64,000 bases of DNA, taken from NCBI GenBank assembly GCA_902523135.1, contig CABYYB010000001.1, forward strand, positions 69,044 through 133,043, given 5' to 3'. The notes under the pieces are model-generated. The model saw only the letters and a list, made by a program, of their open reading frames with translations. It did no database searches and was not told the origin of the DNA. The position numbers and the translations under genes were made by a program. Of this stretch, positions 10,771-22,290 are shown piece after piece; within the stretch, counting starts at the first letter, position 1; each line of letters starts with the position of its first letter. This stretch comes from an uncultured Alphaproteobacteria bacterium. GTDB taxonomy: Bacteria > Pseudomonadota > Alphaproteobacteria > HIMB59.

Positions 10771-10807
10771 AATTAGATTGCGTACAGTATATTATAAGCA
10801 AATAACA

Positions 10808-11707
10808 TCAAGATAGTTTATCAGTTATCTTATTTTTTTTACTTTTTTCAATTAAGTAAGTGCTAATTAAAACAGCAATAAGGGCAACAATAATTTTATA
10901 AGTTATTTTTTCATTTAAAAAAAGATATCCAAATATCAAACCAAAAATTGGAATAATGTAGGCAACTTGTGATTGAAAAACTAAGCCATTATTTTTAAGA
11001 ATATAAAATCTCATTAACCATGCTATCGCAGTCGCAACGATACCAAGATACAAAAGAGAAATTGTAGCATTAAGAGACGGTCTTAATTCTGTTGGATTTT
11101 CAAAAATAAACATAATTGGTAATAAAAGAATAACTGCCCAAATTAAAATACTTGATGTAAGTACTTCATTTTTTATATGTTTTAGCTTGAGTGAAAATAG
11201 TCCACCTATGGTGTAACAAACTGGACCCAAGATTACCATAAAAGCATAAAAGATATTTGACTGATTGATTAGAATGTTATCTGAAAATAAATAAACGATA
11301 CCAAGAAAGCCAATTAATATTCCAACAAATTTTAAAAGATTAATTTTTTCATTTTGAATAAATAAATGCCCTAAGATTGTTGCTGCAATAGGTGCCGTAG
11401 ACATCAAGATTGCTGCTAGATTACTTTGAACCTTTAATATACCGAATGAAATAAAAAAAAAGGGGAGAACTAAATTCACAAATCCTATAGTTGCGTACCA
11501 TAACCAATTCTCTCCAAATGCTTCAATTGAAATTTTTCTTATCCAACAGTAAACAAGCATTACTATTGCAGCAAAAAAAATTCTACCAAAGGCAAGTGCC
11601 ATTGGTGTATAGCTTTCTGAGGCAATTTTGATGTTAAAGAACGCACTTCCCCATATACCAGCTAATAAAAATAAAAGTAAAAAATCTTTAAAAGATGCTT
11701 TGTGCAT
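10808..11707 (-). CDS. DMT/EamA family transporter
   Basis: About 10 TM segments, IWGSAF start, two EamA-like halves. Confidence 0.85.
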   Translation of the reverse strand: MHKASFKDFLLLFLLAGIWGSAFFNIKIASESYTPMALAFGRIFFAAIVMLVYCWIRKISIEAFGENWLWYATIGFVNLVLPFFFISFGILKVQSNLAAILMSTAPIAATILGHLFIQNEKINLLKFVGILIGFLGIVYLFSDNILINQSNIFYAFMVILGPVCYTIGGLFSLKLKHIKNEVLTSSILIWAVILLLPIMFIFENPTELRPSLNATISLLYLGIVATAIAWLMRFYILKNNGLVFQSQVAYIIPIFGLIFGYLFLNEKITYKIIVALIAVLISTYLIEKSKKNKITDKLS

Positions 11708-12390
11708 TATATGAGAGTAAACTGAACACGTTTATTCATTTTTCCTTTACTCTCATACTTCATAAATTTAAAATCGCCAATTTCATTTGTATTAGCTACG
11801 TGAGTTCCACCACACGGTTGTAAATCAATATCTCCTATTTTAACAAGTCGAATTTTATCATTTGTTCTTGGCGGTTTAACTGACAAGGTTCGTACTAGCT
11901 CAGGTTTTTGATCTAGCTCTTCATTAGTTATCCACTGATAAGAAATAGAGTGAGATTGTTGAATAAATTCATTAATGATTTTATTTAAAGTTTCAAATTC
12001 AAATGTTTCTTCGCCTAAATCAAAATCAATCCTACTTTTTTCTAAACCAATTGATCCTCCTGTAACATAATAAGGTAATGCTGCACACATTAAGTGCATT
12101 GTGGTGTGCATTTTCATTAGGCGATATCGATGATCCCAATCAATATGGCCTTTTATTTGTCCAGAAAGATTTATATTTTCTGAGTCAACAACATGGGCAA
12201 TACCTAACTCATGTTTAACTGTATTGATAACATTGAATTTTTTATCATTAATTTCTAGTAATCCCTTGTCTCCAGGTTGCCCACCACTTTGAGCATAAAA
12301 AGAGCTATCTTGAGTAATGATTTTGTCGCCCTCGACTAATAAAATTTTTTCTTCAAAACTCTTTGTATAACTATCTTTGAGATAAATCAT
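11707..12390 (-). CDS. alaX: AlaX alanyl-tRNA editing protein
   Basis: FYAQSGGQPGD, MKMHTTMHL (HxxxH) and QPCGGTHV (CxxxH). Confidence 0.92.
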   Translation of the reverse strand: MIYLKDSYTKSFEEKILLVEGDKIITQDSSFYAQSGGQPGDKGLLEINDKKFNVINTVKHELGIAHVVDSENINLSGQIKGHIDWDHRYRLMKMHTTMHLMCAALPYYVTGGSIGLEKSRIDFDLGEETFEFETLNKIINEFIQQSHSISYQWITNEELDQKPELVRTLSVKPPRTNDKIRLVKIGDIDLQPCGGTHVANTNEIGDFKFMKYESKGKMNKRVQFTLI

Positions 12391-12560
12391 TTTTTTGCTT
12401 CCTCTATCATAAAATCAACACAAGACTCTATACCTCCTTGAGTGTTGCTTTGTTTTTCACATTCCTCATAGTATTCGTGGTATTCAAATGTCGAAGAAAT
12501 ATATAGGCCCAAACCTATAATGCTAAAGACTGCAATACTATATAATATTTTTTTAGCCAT
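12387..12560 (-). CDS. Small membrane-anchored hypothetical protein (57 aa, not in ORF track)
   Basis: Manual translation MAKKILYSIAVFSIIGLGLYISSTFEYHEYYEECEKQSNTQGGIESCVDFMIEEAKK. It fills the helicase-alaX gap exactly, with an ATGA overlap into alaX. Confidence 0.7.
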   Translation of the reverse strand: MAKKILYSIAVFSIIGLGLYISSTFEYHEYYEECEKQSNTQGGIESCVDFMIEEAKK

Positions 12561-12561
12561 C

Positions 12562-13863
12562 TTAAATTAATCTGTCTTGGAAACCTATCAATTGATTGTT
12601 AACAATGATATCTGATTTTTTAATAGGTCTAAGCAGTTCTATGCCTTCTAAACTTATACATCTACTTAGTGCAACATAAAGTTGTCCTGGGGCAAAAGAG
12701 CCTTGACTCATATCTATAATTACTCTTTCAAATGTTTGTCCTTGACTTTTATGAATTGTGATTGCCCAAGCCAATCTCATTGGATACTGTTTGAAAGATC
12801 CTGTTATTTCCTCTTGAACTTCTTGTTGATCATCATCATAGGTATATTGAATACGATCCCATTTTTCTTTTTTAACCTCATATATTTTATTATTGATTTT
12901 TACTTTTATTTTTTTTTGAGCGATATCATGAATTATACCAATGGATCCATTAACCCACCTTTTTTCAGGATCATTTTTAATCATAATTACTTGGGCTCCT
13001 TTTTTTAATTTTAAGATTTCATCGGTGGGGAATAATTCTTTATAAAATTGGCCAGTAGCTTGTGCCCTGTAAGAAAACTCCTCCTGATTTAGCTGGCTTA
13101 AATATTTTTGATTAATGCTACTCGCTCGAGCATTAGTTGTAGTAAGTATGATTTTACCTTCATCCATCTCAATGTGATCAGTTAAAGAGTCGTTTATATT
13201 CTCGATCTGCGTGTGAGTAATTGAGCCATCTCTTACAGAGTTAAGCAAATGAATAAAATGGTCATCTTTTTGACGATAAATATTATGTAGTTCAAGTGTT
13301 TTAAATTGTGCGTCTTGGAAAATATTTGAGTGAAAGAAGAAATGACCTTTAGGATAAATGCGCTGTAGAAGTCCTGACTCATCCATATTCACAACTGGTG
13401 GTAGTTGAAATAAATCCCCAAAAACTATTAACTGAACTCCGCCAAATGGTTGTGTAAGTTTTTTTCTGTGAACACGTAGGCTATAATCAATCGCATCAAA
13501 AACATCAGCACGAACCATAGATATCTCGTCAATAATTAATGTTTCCAAATTTTGAAGAATTTCGATTTGTCTTACTTTTTTTATATGTCGTGTTTGAATA
13601 ACCTTTGGTGGAAAACCAAAAAATGAGTGAATAGTTTGTCCTTTAACTCGAATTGCAGCAACTCCTGTTGGAGCAAGAACAACTGTATTCTTCTTTGTTA
13701 TAGATCTAAAGTAAGCCAATAGTGTAGACTTACCACTACCTGCTTTACCAGTAATATAAAAATGATCTTTTGTGCTTTCTAGTTGCTCAATGATATTTTC
13801 AAATTCTTCACTGAGCTCGAAATCATCAGGTAGTAAACTATTATAATTTCGCTTATAGCTCAT
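12562..13863 (-). CDS. Pif1/RecD-like SF1B DNA helicase
   Basis: GKAGSGKS, APTGVAA, GQTIHSFF, IDEISM, PFGG..GDLFQLPPV, AITIHKSQGQT and QLYVALSR. Confidence 0.9.
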   Translation of the reverse strand: MSYKRNYNSLLPDDFELSEEFENIIEQLESTKDHFYITGKAGSGKSTLLAYFRSITKKNTVVLAPTGVAAIRVKGQTIHSFFGFPPKVIQTRHIKKVRQIEILQNLETLIIDEISMVRADVFDAIDYSLRVHRKKLTQPFGGVQLIVFGDLFQLPPVVNMDESGLLQRIYPKGHFFFHSNIFQDAQFKTLELHNIYRQKDDHFIHLLNSVRDGSITHTQIENINDSLTDHIEMDEGKIILTTTNARASSINQKYLSQLNQEEFSYRAQATGQFYKELFPTDEILKLKKGAQVIMIKNDPEKRWVNGSIGIIHDIAQKKIKVKINNKIYEVKKEKWDRIQYTYDDDQQEVQEEITGSFKQYPMRLAWAITIHKSQGQTFERVIIDMSQGSFAPGQLYVALSRCISLEGIELLRPIKKSDIIVNNQLIGFQDRLI

Positions 13864-14332
13864 CGATAATATTATTTAACATTTGAAAACATTCTTTCAC
13901 TGTGCCTTTTTGAATTTGAATTCTAGAAAATTTTGGATTGAAATTTAATCGTTCGATATAAATATTTTTTTTAAAATATAGTCCGATAAAAACTAAACCT
14001 ACAGGTTTTAATTTGGTACCACCGTTTGGACCAGCCACACCTGTTGTTGAAAATGTTAGCTGACTTTTGGAAATTTTGTGCAAATGTAAACACATTTGAG
14101 CACATACTTGACGGCTGACTGCACCGTACCTTTTGATAGTACTTGGTTTGACTTTGAGATTTTTAATTTTTGATTCATTTGAATATGTTATCAAACCAGT
14201 TTTATAAATTTTAGATATACCAGACACAGCTGTAAATTCTGCTGCAAGCAAACCACCAGTACAAGATTCTGCTGTTGAAACTGATATGTTTTTATCTAGT
14301 AAATATTTGATTGTTTTCGAAACGACGCTCAT
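13853..14332 (-). CDS. pncC: CinA C-terminal domain / NMN deamidase (PncC)
   Basis: AESCTGG, YSNESK, GAVS and TGVAGP..G...KPVGLV. Confidence 0.85.
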   Translation of the reverse strand: MSVVSKTIKYLLDKNISVSTAESCTGGLLAAEFTAVSGISKIYKTGLITYSNESKIKNLKVKPSTIKRYGAVSRQVCAQMCLHLHKISKSQLTFSTTGVAGPNGGTKLKPVGLVFIGLYFKKNIYIERLNFNPKFSRIQIQKGTVKECFQMLNNIIDEL

Positions 14333-14426
14333 AAGCTAGTTATACATATTATAAGGACGAAGAAATAACAATGGTGCTTATTGGTATAAAAAAAATGCAT
14401 AATTAATCCCCATAATTCACAATAAA

Positions 14427-14435
14427 TGTGGATAA
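14427..14435 (-). promoter_or_regulatory. Perfect DnaA box (TTATCCACA on - strand)
   Basis: tgtggataa in an intergenic region, with a near-consensus taattcaca just upstream; function unproven. Confidence 0.35.
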
Positions 14436-14455
14436 ATTAACAAAATTTGTCTATA

Positions 14456-14476
14456 AATATGCAAATATTGCATATT
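14456..14476. promoter_or_regulatory. Perfect 9-bp inverted repeat, putative operator
   Basis: aatatgcaa-ata-ttgcatatt upstream of the small ORF at 14522. Confidence 0.5.
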
Positions 14477-14521
14477 ACTATAAAATCCTATAACCTAATT
14501 AAAGGAATCATGGAGGTTTAA

Positions 14522-14605
14522 ATGGCAGATATGTTTACAGGACACTACCCCTTTATAGTTATGATTATTTGGTTCATAGCAGGTTTCATCGGATCAAAAA
14601 TGTGA
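14522..14605 (+). CDS. 27-aa single-TM small protein
   Basis: MADMFTGHYPFIVMIIWFIAGFIGSKM preceded by a strong SD (ggagg) and followed by a GC hairpin. Confidence 0.6.
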   Translation: MADMFTGHYPFIVMIIWFIAGFIGSKM

Positions 14606-14612
14606 TTGTGAT

Positions 14613-14634
14613 GAGGGCAGTCCACGCTGCCCTC
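14613..14634 (+). other. GC-rich stem-loop (no U-tract)
   Basis: gagggcag-tccacg-ctgccctc, a perfect 8-bp stem in an AT-rich genome. Confidence 0.6.
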
Positions 14635-14718
14635 TCCCTACCCTAAAAGATGACATTATTACCCTTGCTGAAGCAATTGTGAGGGAATAATGTACACTTA
14701 ATAAAATCAGGAAAGAAA

Positions 14719-16032
14719 ATGAATAAGCCAAATAATTTAGAACCGCTGTGGATGCCTTTCACTCCGAACAAAGTATTTAAGAAAGATCCAAGAATTATAG
14801 TCGGTGCTAAAGATATGCATTTTATTAGTGACGATAATCGAGAAATTTTAGATGGCACTGCAGGGCTATGGTGTGTAAACGCTGGTCATGGTAGAAAAAA
14901 AATTCAAGAAGCTGTAAATAAACAAATTGAAAATCTTGATTACTCTCCACCTTTTCAATTTGGACATCCAAAACAATTTGAACTAGCTAATCGTTTAGCA
15001 GAGATTTTTCCTGAAGGAATGAATCATGTTTTCTTTTCTAATTCAGGATCTGAAGCAGTAGATAGTGCATTGAAAATTGCGCTAGCTTATCAACGTGCAC
15101 GCGGACATTCATCTAAAACTAGATTAATAGGTCGCGAAAGAGGTTATCATGGTGTGGGCTTTGGAGGAATAAGCGTAGGTGGTATGGTAAAAAATAGAAT
15201 GTACTTCGGATCAATGCTAAATGGTGTTGACCATTTACGCCATACCCACAATTTAAAATTAAATGCTTTTTCAAAAGGTGAACCTGAACATGGAGCAGAA
15301 CTTGCCGATGATTTAGAGCGTCTTGTTCAATTGCATGATGCATCAACTATTGCAGCTGTAATTGTTGAGCCTATTGCTGGATCAACTGGTGCGCTGCCTC
15401 CGCCTAAAGGATACTTAAAAAGATTAAGAGAGCTCTGCACAAAACATGACATTTTATTAATTTTTGATGAAGTCGTAACTGCTTTTGGCCGTATGGGAAA
15501 AGCAACTGGATCTGAGTTTTTTGGTGTAACACCAGATATTATTTCATGTGCAAAAGGCATTACAAATGCCACCATCCCTATGGGTGCAACCATAGTTCAA
15601 GACTTTATTTATGAGTCAATGATGGAAAATGCGGATGCTCCAATAGAATTATTTCATGGATATACTTACTCTGGTCATCCTGTTGCTTGCGCTGCAGCCT
15701 TGGCAACACTAGATATTTATCAAGAAGAGGGATTATTTGATAATGCCGCTCATATGGCGCCTATTATTGAGGAAGCCGCTCATAGCCTAAAGGGCACAAA
15801 ACATATAATCGATATTAGAAATTTAGGAGTGATTGCTGCACTCGAATTAGAGCCTAAAGGTAACGCTGTTGGTGCAAGAGGTTTTGAAGCTATGAAAAAA
15901 GCTTGGGATCTTGGCTTAATGGTAAGAGCTAACGGAGATACGCTTGCTTTTTCTCCACCTTTAATAATTAAAGAAAATCAGGTCGATGAAATGTTTACGA
16001 AAGTAAAAAAAGCCCTGGAACAAGTAGACTAA
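14719..16032 (+). CDS. Class III aminotransferase (omega-amino acid/beta-alanine:pyruvate type)
   Basis: LWMPFT, DGTAGLWCVNAGH, NSGSEAVD, RGYHG, IFDEV, AKG (PLP Lys) and HGYTYSGHP. Confidence 0.9.
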   Translation: MNKPNNLEPLWMPFTPNKVFKKDPRIIVGAKDMHFISDDNREILDGTAGLWCVNAGHGRKKIQEAVNKQIENLDYSPPFQFGHPKQFELANRLAEIFPEGMNHVFFSNSGSEAVDSALKIALAYQRARGHSSKTRLIGRERGYHGVGFGGISVGGMVKNRMYFGSMLNGVDHLRHTHNLKLNAFSKGEPEHGAELADDLERLVQLHDASTIAAVIVEPIAGSTGALPPPKGYLKRLRELCTKHDILLIFDEVVTAFGRMGKATGSEFFGVTPDIISCAKGITNATIPMGATIVQDFIYESMMENADAPIELFHGYTYSGHPVACAAALATLDIYQEEGLFDNAAHMAPIIEEAAHSLKGTKHIIDIRNLGVIAALELEPKGNAVGARGFEAMKKAWDLGLMVRANGDTLAFSPPLIIKENQVDEMFTKVKKALEQVD

Positions 16033-16300
16033 AAACGTCCCCACTACAACCATACCCTGTTTCAAAAACGCCGCTTGGTTGGTAAAAACCACATAACATT
16101 ACCCATCTATATAAAAAGACAATTCCAGGAACTAAAATAATCGCATTAATAAGAAAAAGAGCTATAGAAATAACTACCCTCATTGGTAGCTTTGTATTCA
16201 TATACTGTTTATAAAAAATACGAATTATCAAACCAGTGGTTACAGCAGATAACAATAGAAATGGTGCATCAAGGTATGTAACTAAAAATTCATAATACAT
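15995..16300 (-). CDS. Hypothetical membrane protein
   Basis: Two hydrophobic helices; fills the gap and overlaps the 3' end of the aminotransferase by 38 nt; ATG at 16300 assumed. Confidence 0.5.
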   Translation of the reverse strand: MYYEFLVTYLDAPFLLLSAVTTGLIIRIFYKQYMNTKLPMRVVISIALFLINAIILVPGIVFLYRWVMLCGFYQPSGVFETGYGCSGDVFSLLVPGLFLLS

Positions 16301-16339
16301 TTCTTTAAAACTTAGCAATGATACATTAAGACTTTAAAA

Positions 16340-16984
16340 ATGCAAAAATACATATCTGAATTTATAGGCACATTTATTTTACTAGTATCTATTGTTGGTT
16401 CTGGCATAGCAGGACAGCAATATACGAATGATCAAATGGTAATTTTGTTTAGTCATGCTGTTGTCATAGGTTTCACACTAATTTTTATAATAAGAATATT
16501 TGCAAATTTTTCTGGAGCTCATTTTAATCCTATTGTTTCAATAATATTTTTCTTACAAAAAGATTTGAGTTCTAGGGATTTATTTCTTTATATACTAATA
16601 CAAATTATTGCAGCTGTATTAGGCACACTTTTTGCAAATTATATTTTTGGATTAAATGTAATTGAGTTCTCTTCAAATATAAGAAGTGGAGCAAATATAT
16701 ATATTTCCGAAATTTTTGCTGCAACTGGATTGTTATTGGTCATACTTTTATCGAGAGCAGATGGTAAAAATGTAGTTTCATTTAATGTTGGTATTTATAT
16801 TACAGCGGCACTTATATTTACATCATCAACAAGTTTTGCAAATCCGGCTGTAACAATAGCTAGAATGTTTACTGAGTCATTTACGGGTATTAATCCCTCC
16901 ACCGTAATATTTTTTATTAGTTGTCAAGTTATTGGAATGTTTGCAGCCTACATTTTGTATAATCAGTTCTTTAAAAGCAAATAA
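16340..16984 (+). CDS. MIP/aquaporin family channel (AqpS-like)
   Basis: SEFIGT, SGAHFNPIVS and TSSTSFANPAVTIAR. Confidence 0.88.
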   Translation: MQKYISEFIGTFILLVSIVGSGIAGQQYTNDQMVILFSHAVVIGFTLIFIIRIFANFSGAHFNPIVSIIFFLQKDLSSRDLFLYILIQIIAAVLGTLFANYIFGLNVIEFSSNIRSGANIYISEIFAATGLLLVILLSRADGKNVVSFNVGIYITAALIFTSSTSFANPAVTIARMFTESFTGINPSTVIFFISCQVIGMFAAYILYNQFFKSK

Positions 16985-17077
16985 TTTCAAGGATTTTGTA
17001 AATTATTAACAGAGACAATTCGTATTGTTGACTTACTTACAAGTTAAATTTTAATGACTTCAATATTAATTAAGTAG

Positions 17078-19240
<2,163 letters not shown>

Positions 19241-19243
19241 TTA

Positions 19244-19906
19244 ATGTTCAATTATGGTAATATCCAACTTAAAGTTTGTGGTATTACAGATCAAAAATCT
19301 TTAGAAGTAATTCAAAAGTACTCTGTAAGTAGGGTGGGCCTTGTAAGTGATTACTTATATGGCCCAAATACACTTAGTACTAAAGAAATTCAAGAACTGA
19401 CTATTGCATCCTACAATTTAAAATTAAATCCAATTTTATTGATTGGAAATTTACAGATGCAAGAAGTAATTAGTATTGTAAATGATGTAGCAATAAAAGA
19501 AGTTTGTATATCTAATCAATATATAAATGAAGAAATTGAATTGCTGAATAATAAAACAGATGCAAAAATTTCAATTTCGGTAAATTATGAGAATTTTGAC
19601 TATAATTTCTTTGAAGAGATTTTAAATAATATAAGTAGTTTTTATTATGATTTAAATATTTACAGAAAAGATACTATTGAGAAAAAATCTCTTGTAGAGT
19701 GTGAAAAACAAATCAATCAATTAAAGAGCTTTTCGAAACCTCTTTACCTTGGTGGGGGGATAAATATAGATAATATAAAAGAGGCAATTAAAACAGTATC
19801 TCCTCATGGAATTGATATTTCAACAGGCTTAAAACAATCTAATAGTGTGGATGAGGAAAAGCTTAAAAAAATCCTTGATAATCTTGGGTTTGACGAGATT
19901 TCTTAA
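19244..19906 (+). CDS. Divergent phosphoribosylanthranilate isomerase (TrpF)-like TIM barrel
   Basis: KVCGIT at the N-terminus and LGGGINIDNI...PHGIDISTG at the C-terminus; the middle is divergent. Confidence 0.6.
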   Translation: MFNYGNIQLKVCGITDQKSLEVIQKYSVSRVGLVSDYLYGPNTLSTKEIQELTIASYNLKLNPILLIGNLQMQEVISIVNDVAIKEVCISNQYINEEIELLNNKTDAKISISVNYENFDYNFFEEILNNISSFYYDLNIYRKDTIEKKSLVECEKQINQLKSFSKPLYLGGGINIDNIKEAIKTVSPHGIDISTGLKQSNSVDEEKLKKILDNLGFDEIS

Positions 19907-20390
19907 TAATAAATCGTTCCTCTAAGTTATTTATGAGTCTTTTGTAAGTATATTGGGTTTTTAAATCAATAAAATTAGGATTGAGGTCTAAAACAGGCTG
20001 TATAACAAAATCTCTTAAATGTGAGGAGGGGTGAGGAATTGATATTAAATGATTTTTAACTTTCAAGTTTTCGAATTGAATAAGATCTAAATCAATTCTT
20101 CTTGGTCCATTCTCTATAATTTTATTTTTTTTAATCAGCTTTTCTACAGCACTCATTTTTATAAATAGCTCATTAAAAAATAAATTTGTAAGGAATAAAA
20201 AGGCAGCATTATGAAAATATTTTTGGGTGGTTAAACCAAAGGGCTTAGTAAAATAAACCCTACTGACCTTTTTAACATGACCAAATTTATTCATTAAGTT
20301 TAATGCATTGTTAAAATTACTTCTCCAATTGCCTACATTTGATCCGATAGCAATATATGATTTATATCGATACGCTAACTTTTTTTGCAT
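19863..20390 (-). CDS. folK: HPPK (2-amino-4-hydroxy-6-hydroxymethyldihydropteridine pyrophosphokinase)
   Basis: YIAIGSNVG, GPRRIDLDLI and IPHP....RDFV; start uncertain. Confidence 0.9.
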   Translation of the reverse strand: MQKKLAYRYKSYIAIGSNVGNWRSNFNNALNLMNKFGHVKKVSRVYFTKPFGLTTQKYFHNAAFLFLTNLFFNELFIKMSAVEKLIKKNKIIENGPRRIDLDLIQFENLKVKNHLISIPHPSSHLRDFVIQPVLDLNPNFIDLKTQYTYKRLINNLEERFIIKKSRQTQDYQGFF

Positions 20391-20709
20391 TATATTTTTT
20401 AGCAATCTCAATTTTATTTATTTCTAATTTTTCTATTTGAATTGGAAATTTATCATCTAGTTGTTTTTTAAGATCTATAATTAATTTTTCCAATGTTTTA
20501 TATTGAGAGGCTGAAACAAATTTAATTATTTCATTTTTGATATCTGAATAACTTGTAACATTTTCAATATTGTCAAGATCTTGATTATGATCAATATCTA
20601 ACTGACATTTTATATTTATTAATATAGTTTGGGGTTTTAACCTTTCTTCTTCGAACACTCCAATAATTGTGTCGACTTTTAGCTCTTCTATTTCGATAAA
20701 AAATTTCAT
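20362..20709 (-). CDS. folB: Dihydroneopterin aldolase
   Basis: IGVFEEER..PQ, SY and TLE motifs; between folP and folK. Confidence 0.88.
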   Translation of the reverse strand: MKFFIEIEELKVDTIIGVFEEERLKPQTILINIKCQLDIDHNQDLDNIENVTSYSDIKNEIIKFVSASQYKTLEKLIIDLKKQLDDKFPIQIEKLEINKIEIAKKYNAKKVSVSI

Positions 20710-21521
20710 TTATTTAATGCTTTCAAAACTTTTATCATTTGATTTGTCTCTTTGACATCATGAATTCTATATGTATGAATATTTTGCTTGAGAGCATGCG
20801 CTACAGAAGCTAAAGAGCCTCCAATCCTTTCATCAGCATTTGATGGGTCAATATAGTTTATCCAACTTTTTCGTGAGGATCCCAATAATACTTGGATATT
20901 TGCACTACTGAATTTCTTCAAAGATTTCATTAATTGTAAATTTTGATTTAGTGTTTTGCCAAATCCTATACCAGGATCAAACCATACCTTTTTGAGATTA
21001 ATCTTCACTTTATTAAGTATTTTCAATCTTTTTTTAATAAAATAATCAAATTCTCTTACCATATTTAATCTGGAATTAAGATTTTTTTGCATTTCCTTTG
21101 GTGTTCCTCTTTTGTGCATTAAGAAAAGTCCTGCGTTATATTTCTTTATAAGTTTAAATAGCTCTTCTGATCCTCCATTAATATCATTAATGATATGGGC
21201 ACCTTTTTTCAGTGCATACTCTTGGGACTCAATTTTATAAGAGTCCACAGAGACAAGGTATTTCTTATAGTTTAAATATGGTAAGATTTTGGATAAACGA
21301 TTTATTTCTTCAATATATGTAATTGGCTCGCTGTTTGGTCTAGTGCTTTCAGCACCAATATCAATAATTTGTGCACCATCTTTAACCATTGCATTTATAT
21401 GTTTCAATGCAGTAGATCGTGAAAATGTTTTTCCTCCATCACTAAATGAGTCAGGTGTAAAATTACATATGCCCACTAACAAAGGCTTTTTCAAAGCAAA
21501 GGAATGTTGATTAAATTTCAT
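20706..21521 (-). CDS. folP: Dihydropteroate synthase
   Basis: NFTPDSFSDGG, DIGAESTRP, DPGIGFGK, SRKS and RIHDV. Confidence 0.95.
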   Translation of the reverse strand: MKFNQHSFALKKPLLVGICNFTPDSFSDGGKTFSRSTALKHINAMVKDGAQIIDIGAESTRPNSEPITYIEEINRLSKILPYLNYKKYLVSVDSYKIESQEYALKKGAHIINDINGGSEELFKLIKKYNAGLFLMHKRGTPKEMQKNLNSRLNMVREFDYFIKKRLKILNKVKINLKKVWFDPGIGFGKTLNQNLQLMKSLKKFSSANIQVLLGSSRKSWINYIDPSNADERIGGSLASVAHALKQNIHTYRIHDVKETNQMIKVLKALNK

Positions 21522-22290
21522 AATAATTCCTTTTTATCATAGTTTCATAATCTTTTTTTAATTTTTGAAAATATTTTGTAGACGCTCTCTTCCACAAAAT
21601 ACTTTGAATTTTTTTTATTGAGGTAATCCCTCTACCAGAGCCAATCGATAATATCTCACTGTATTCTTTTAGATCCTCTAATAAAATTTTTCTTTTAATA
21701 AATTTCGATTTTGATATTTCTTCAATAAGCCTCAAAGTGTTTCCATGATAATACCCAGTTTTGGGGATAAAAATTTTATCTCCTTTTACGAAAACTAAAT
21801 TTGTGACCGCTCCTTCTGTAATTTCATTGTTTCTTAGTAATATAATTTCATTTTCAGAGTAATTTATTTCACTCATGAATTTTAATAATTTTTTGTAAAA
21901 TAAGTTTTTATTTTTAAAGTCTCTTCTTTTGTATTTTTTTATAAATCCAATGACACTATCTTTAGTTGTTGTTCTCTTTCTAAACGATATTGATAATGTT
22001 GTTCCATTAGTTGCTATTCTCAACAAGTGATTGAAATTTTTGATTTTCTTTAAATCCTCTCCCACTAAACTTCTGATAATGTTTAAATCTATTTTGGTAG
22101 CAAATTTATAATCCCGACATGTTGTGTTAAAAGTTCTCAAATATTTATTTAAACCTATTAACCTTGGTGTTTTTCCAATTACAGGTATGGATGTAAAAAC
22201 ACCTTTTTGACCCCACAGTGGCTTAAATTGTGAGGAGTAATATGAATTATTTTTTATATTGAATGATTTTTCGAATAAATTGTTTGCCAT
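21511..22290 (-). CDS. pabC: Aminodeoxychorismate lyase (class IV aminotransferase fold), divergent
   Basis: EIIL......EGAVTNLVF and G.T motifs of class IV PLP enzymes; operon context. Confidence 0.65.
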   Translation of the reverse strand: MANNLFEKSFNIKNNSYYSSQFKPLWGQKGVFTSIPVIGKTPRLIGLNKYLRTFNTTCRDYKFATKIDLNIIRSLVGEDLKKIKNFNHLLRIATNGTTLSISFRKRTTTKDSVIGFIKKYKRRDFKNKNLFYKKLLKFMSEINYSENEIILLRNNEITEGAVTNLVFVKGDKIFIPKTGYYHGNTLRLIEEISKSKFIKRKILLEDLKEYSEILSIGSGRGITSIKKIQSILWKRASTKYFQKLKKDYETMIKRNYYEI

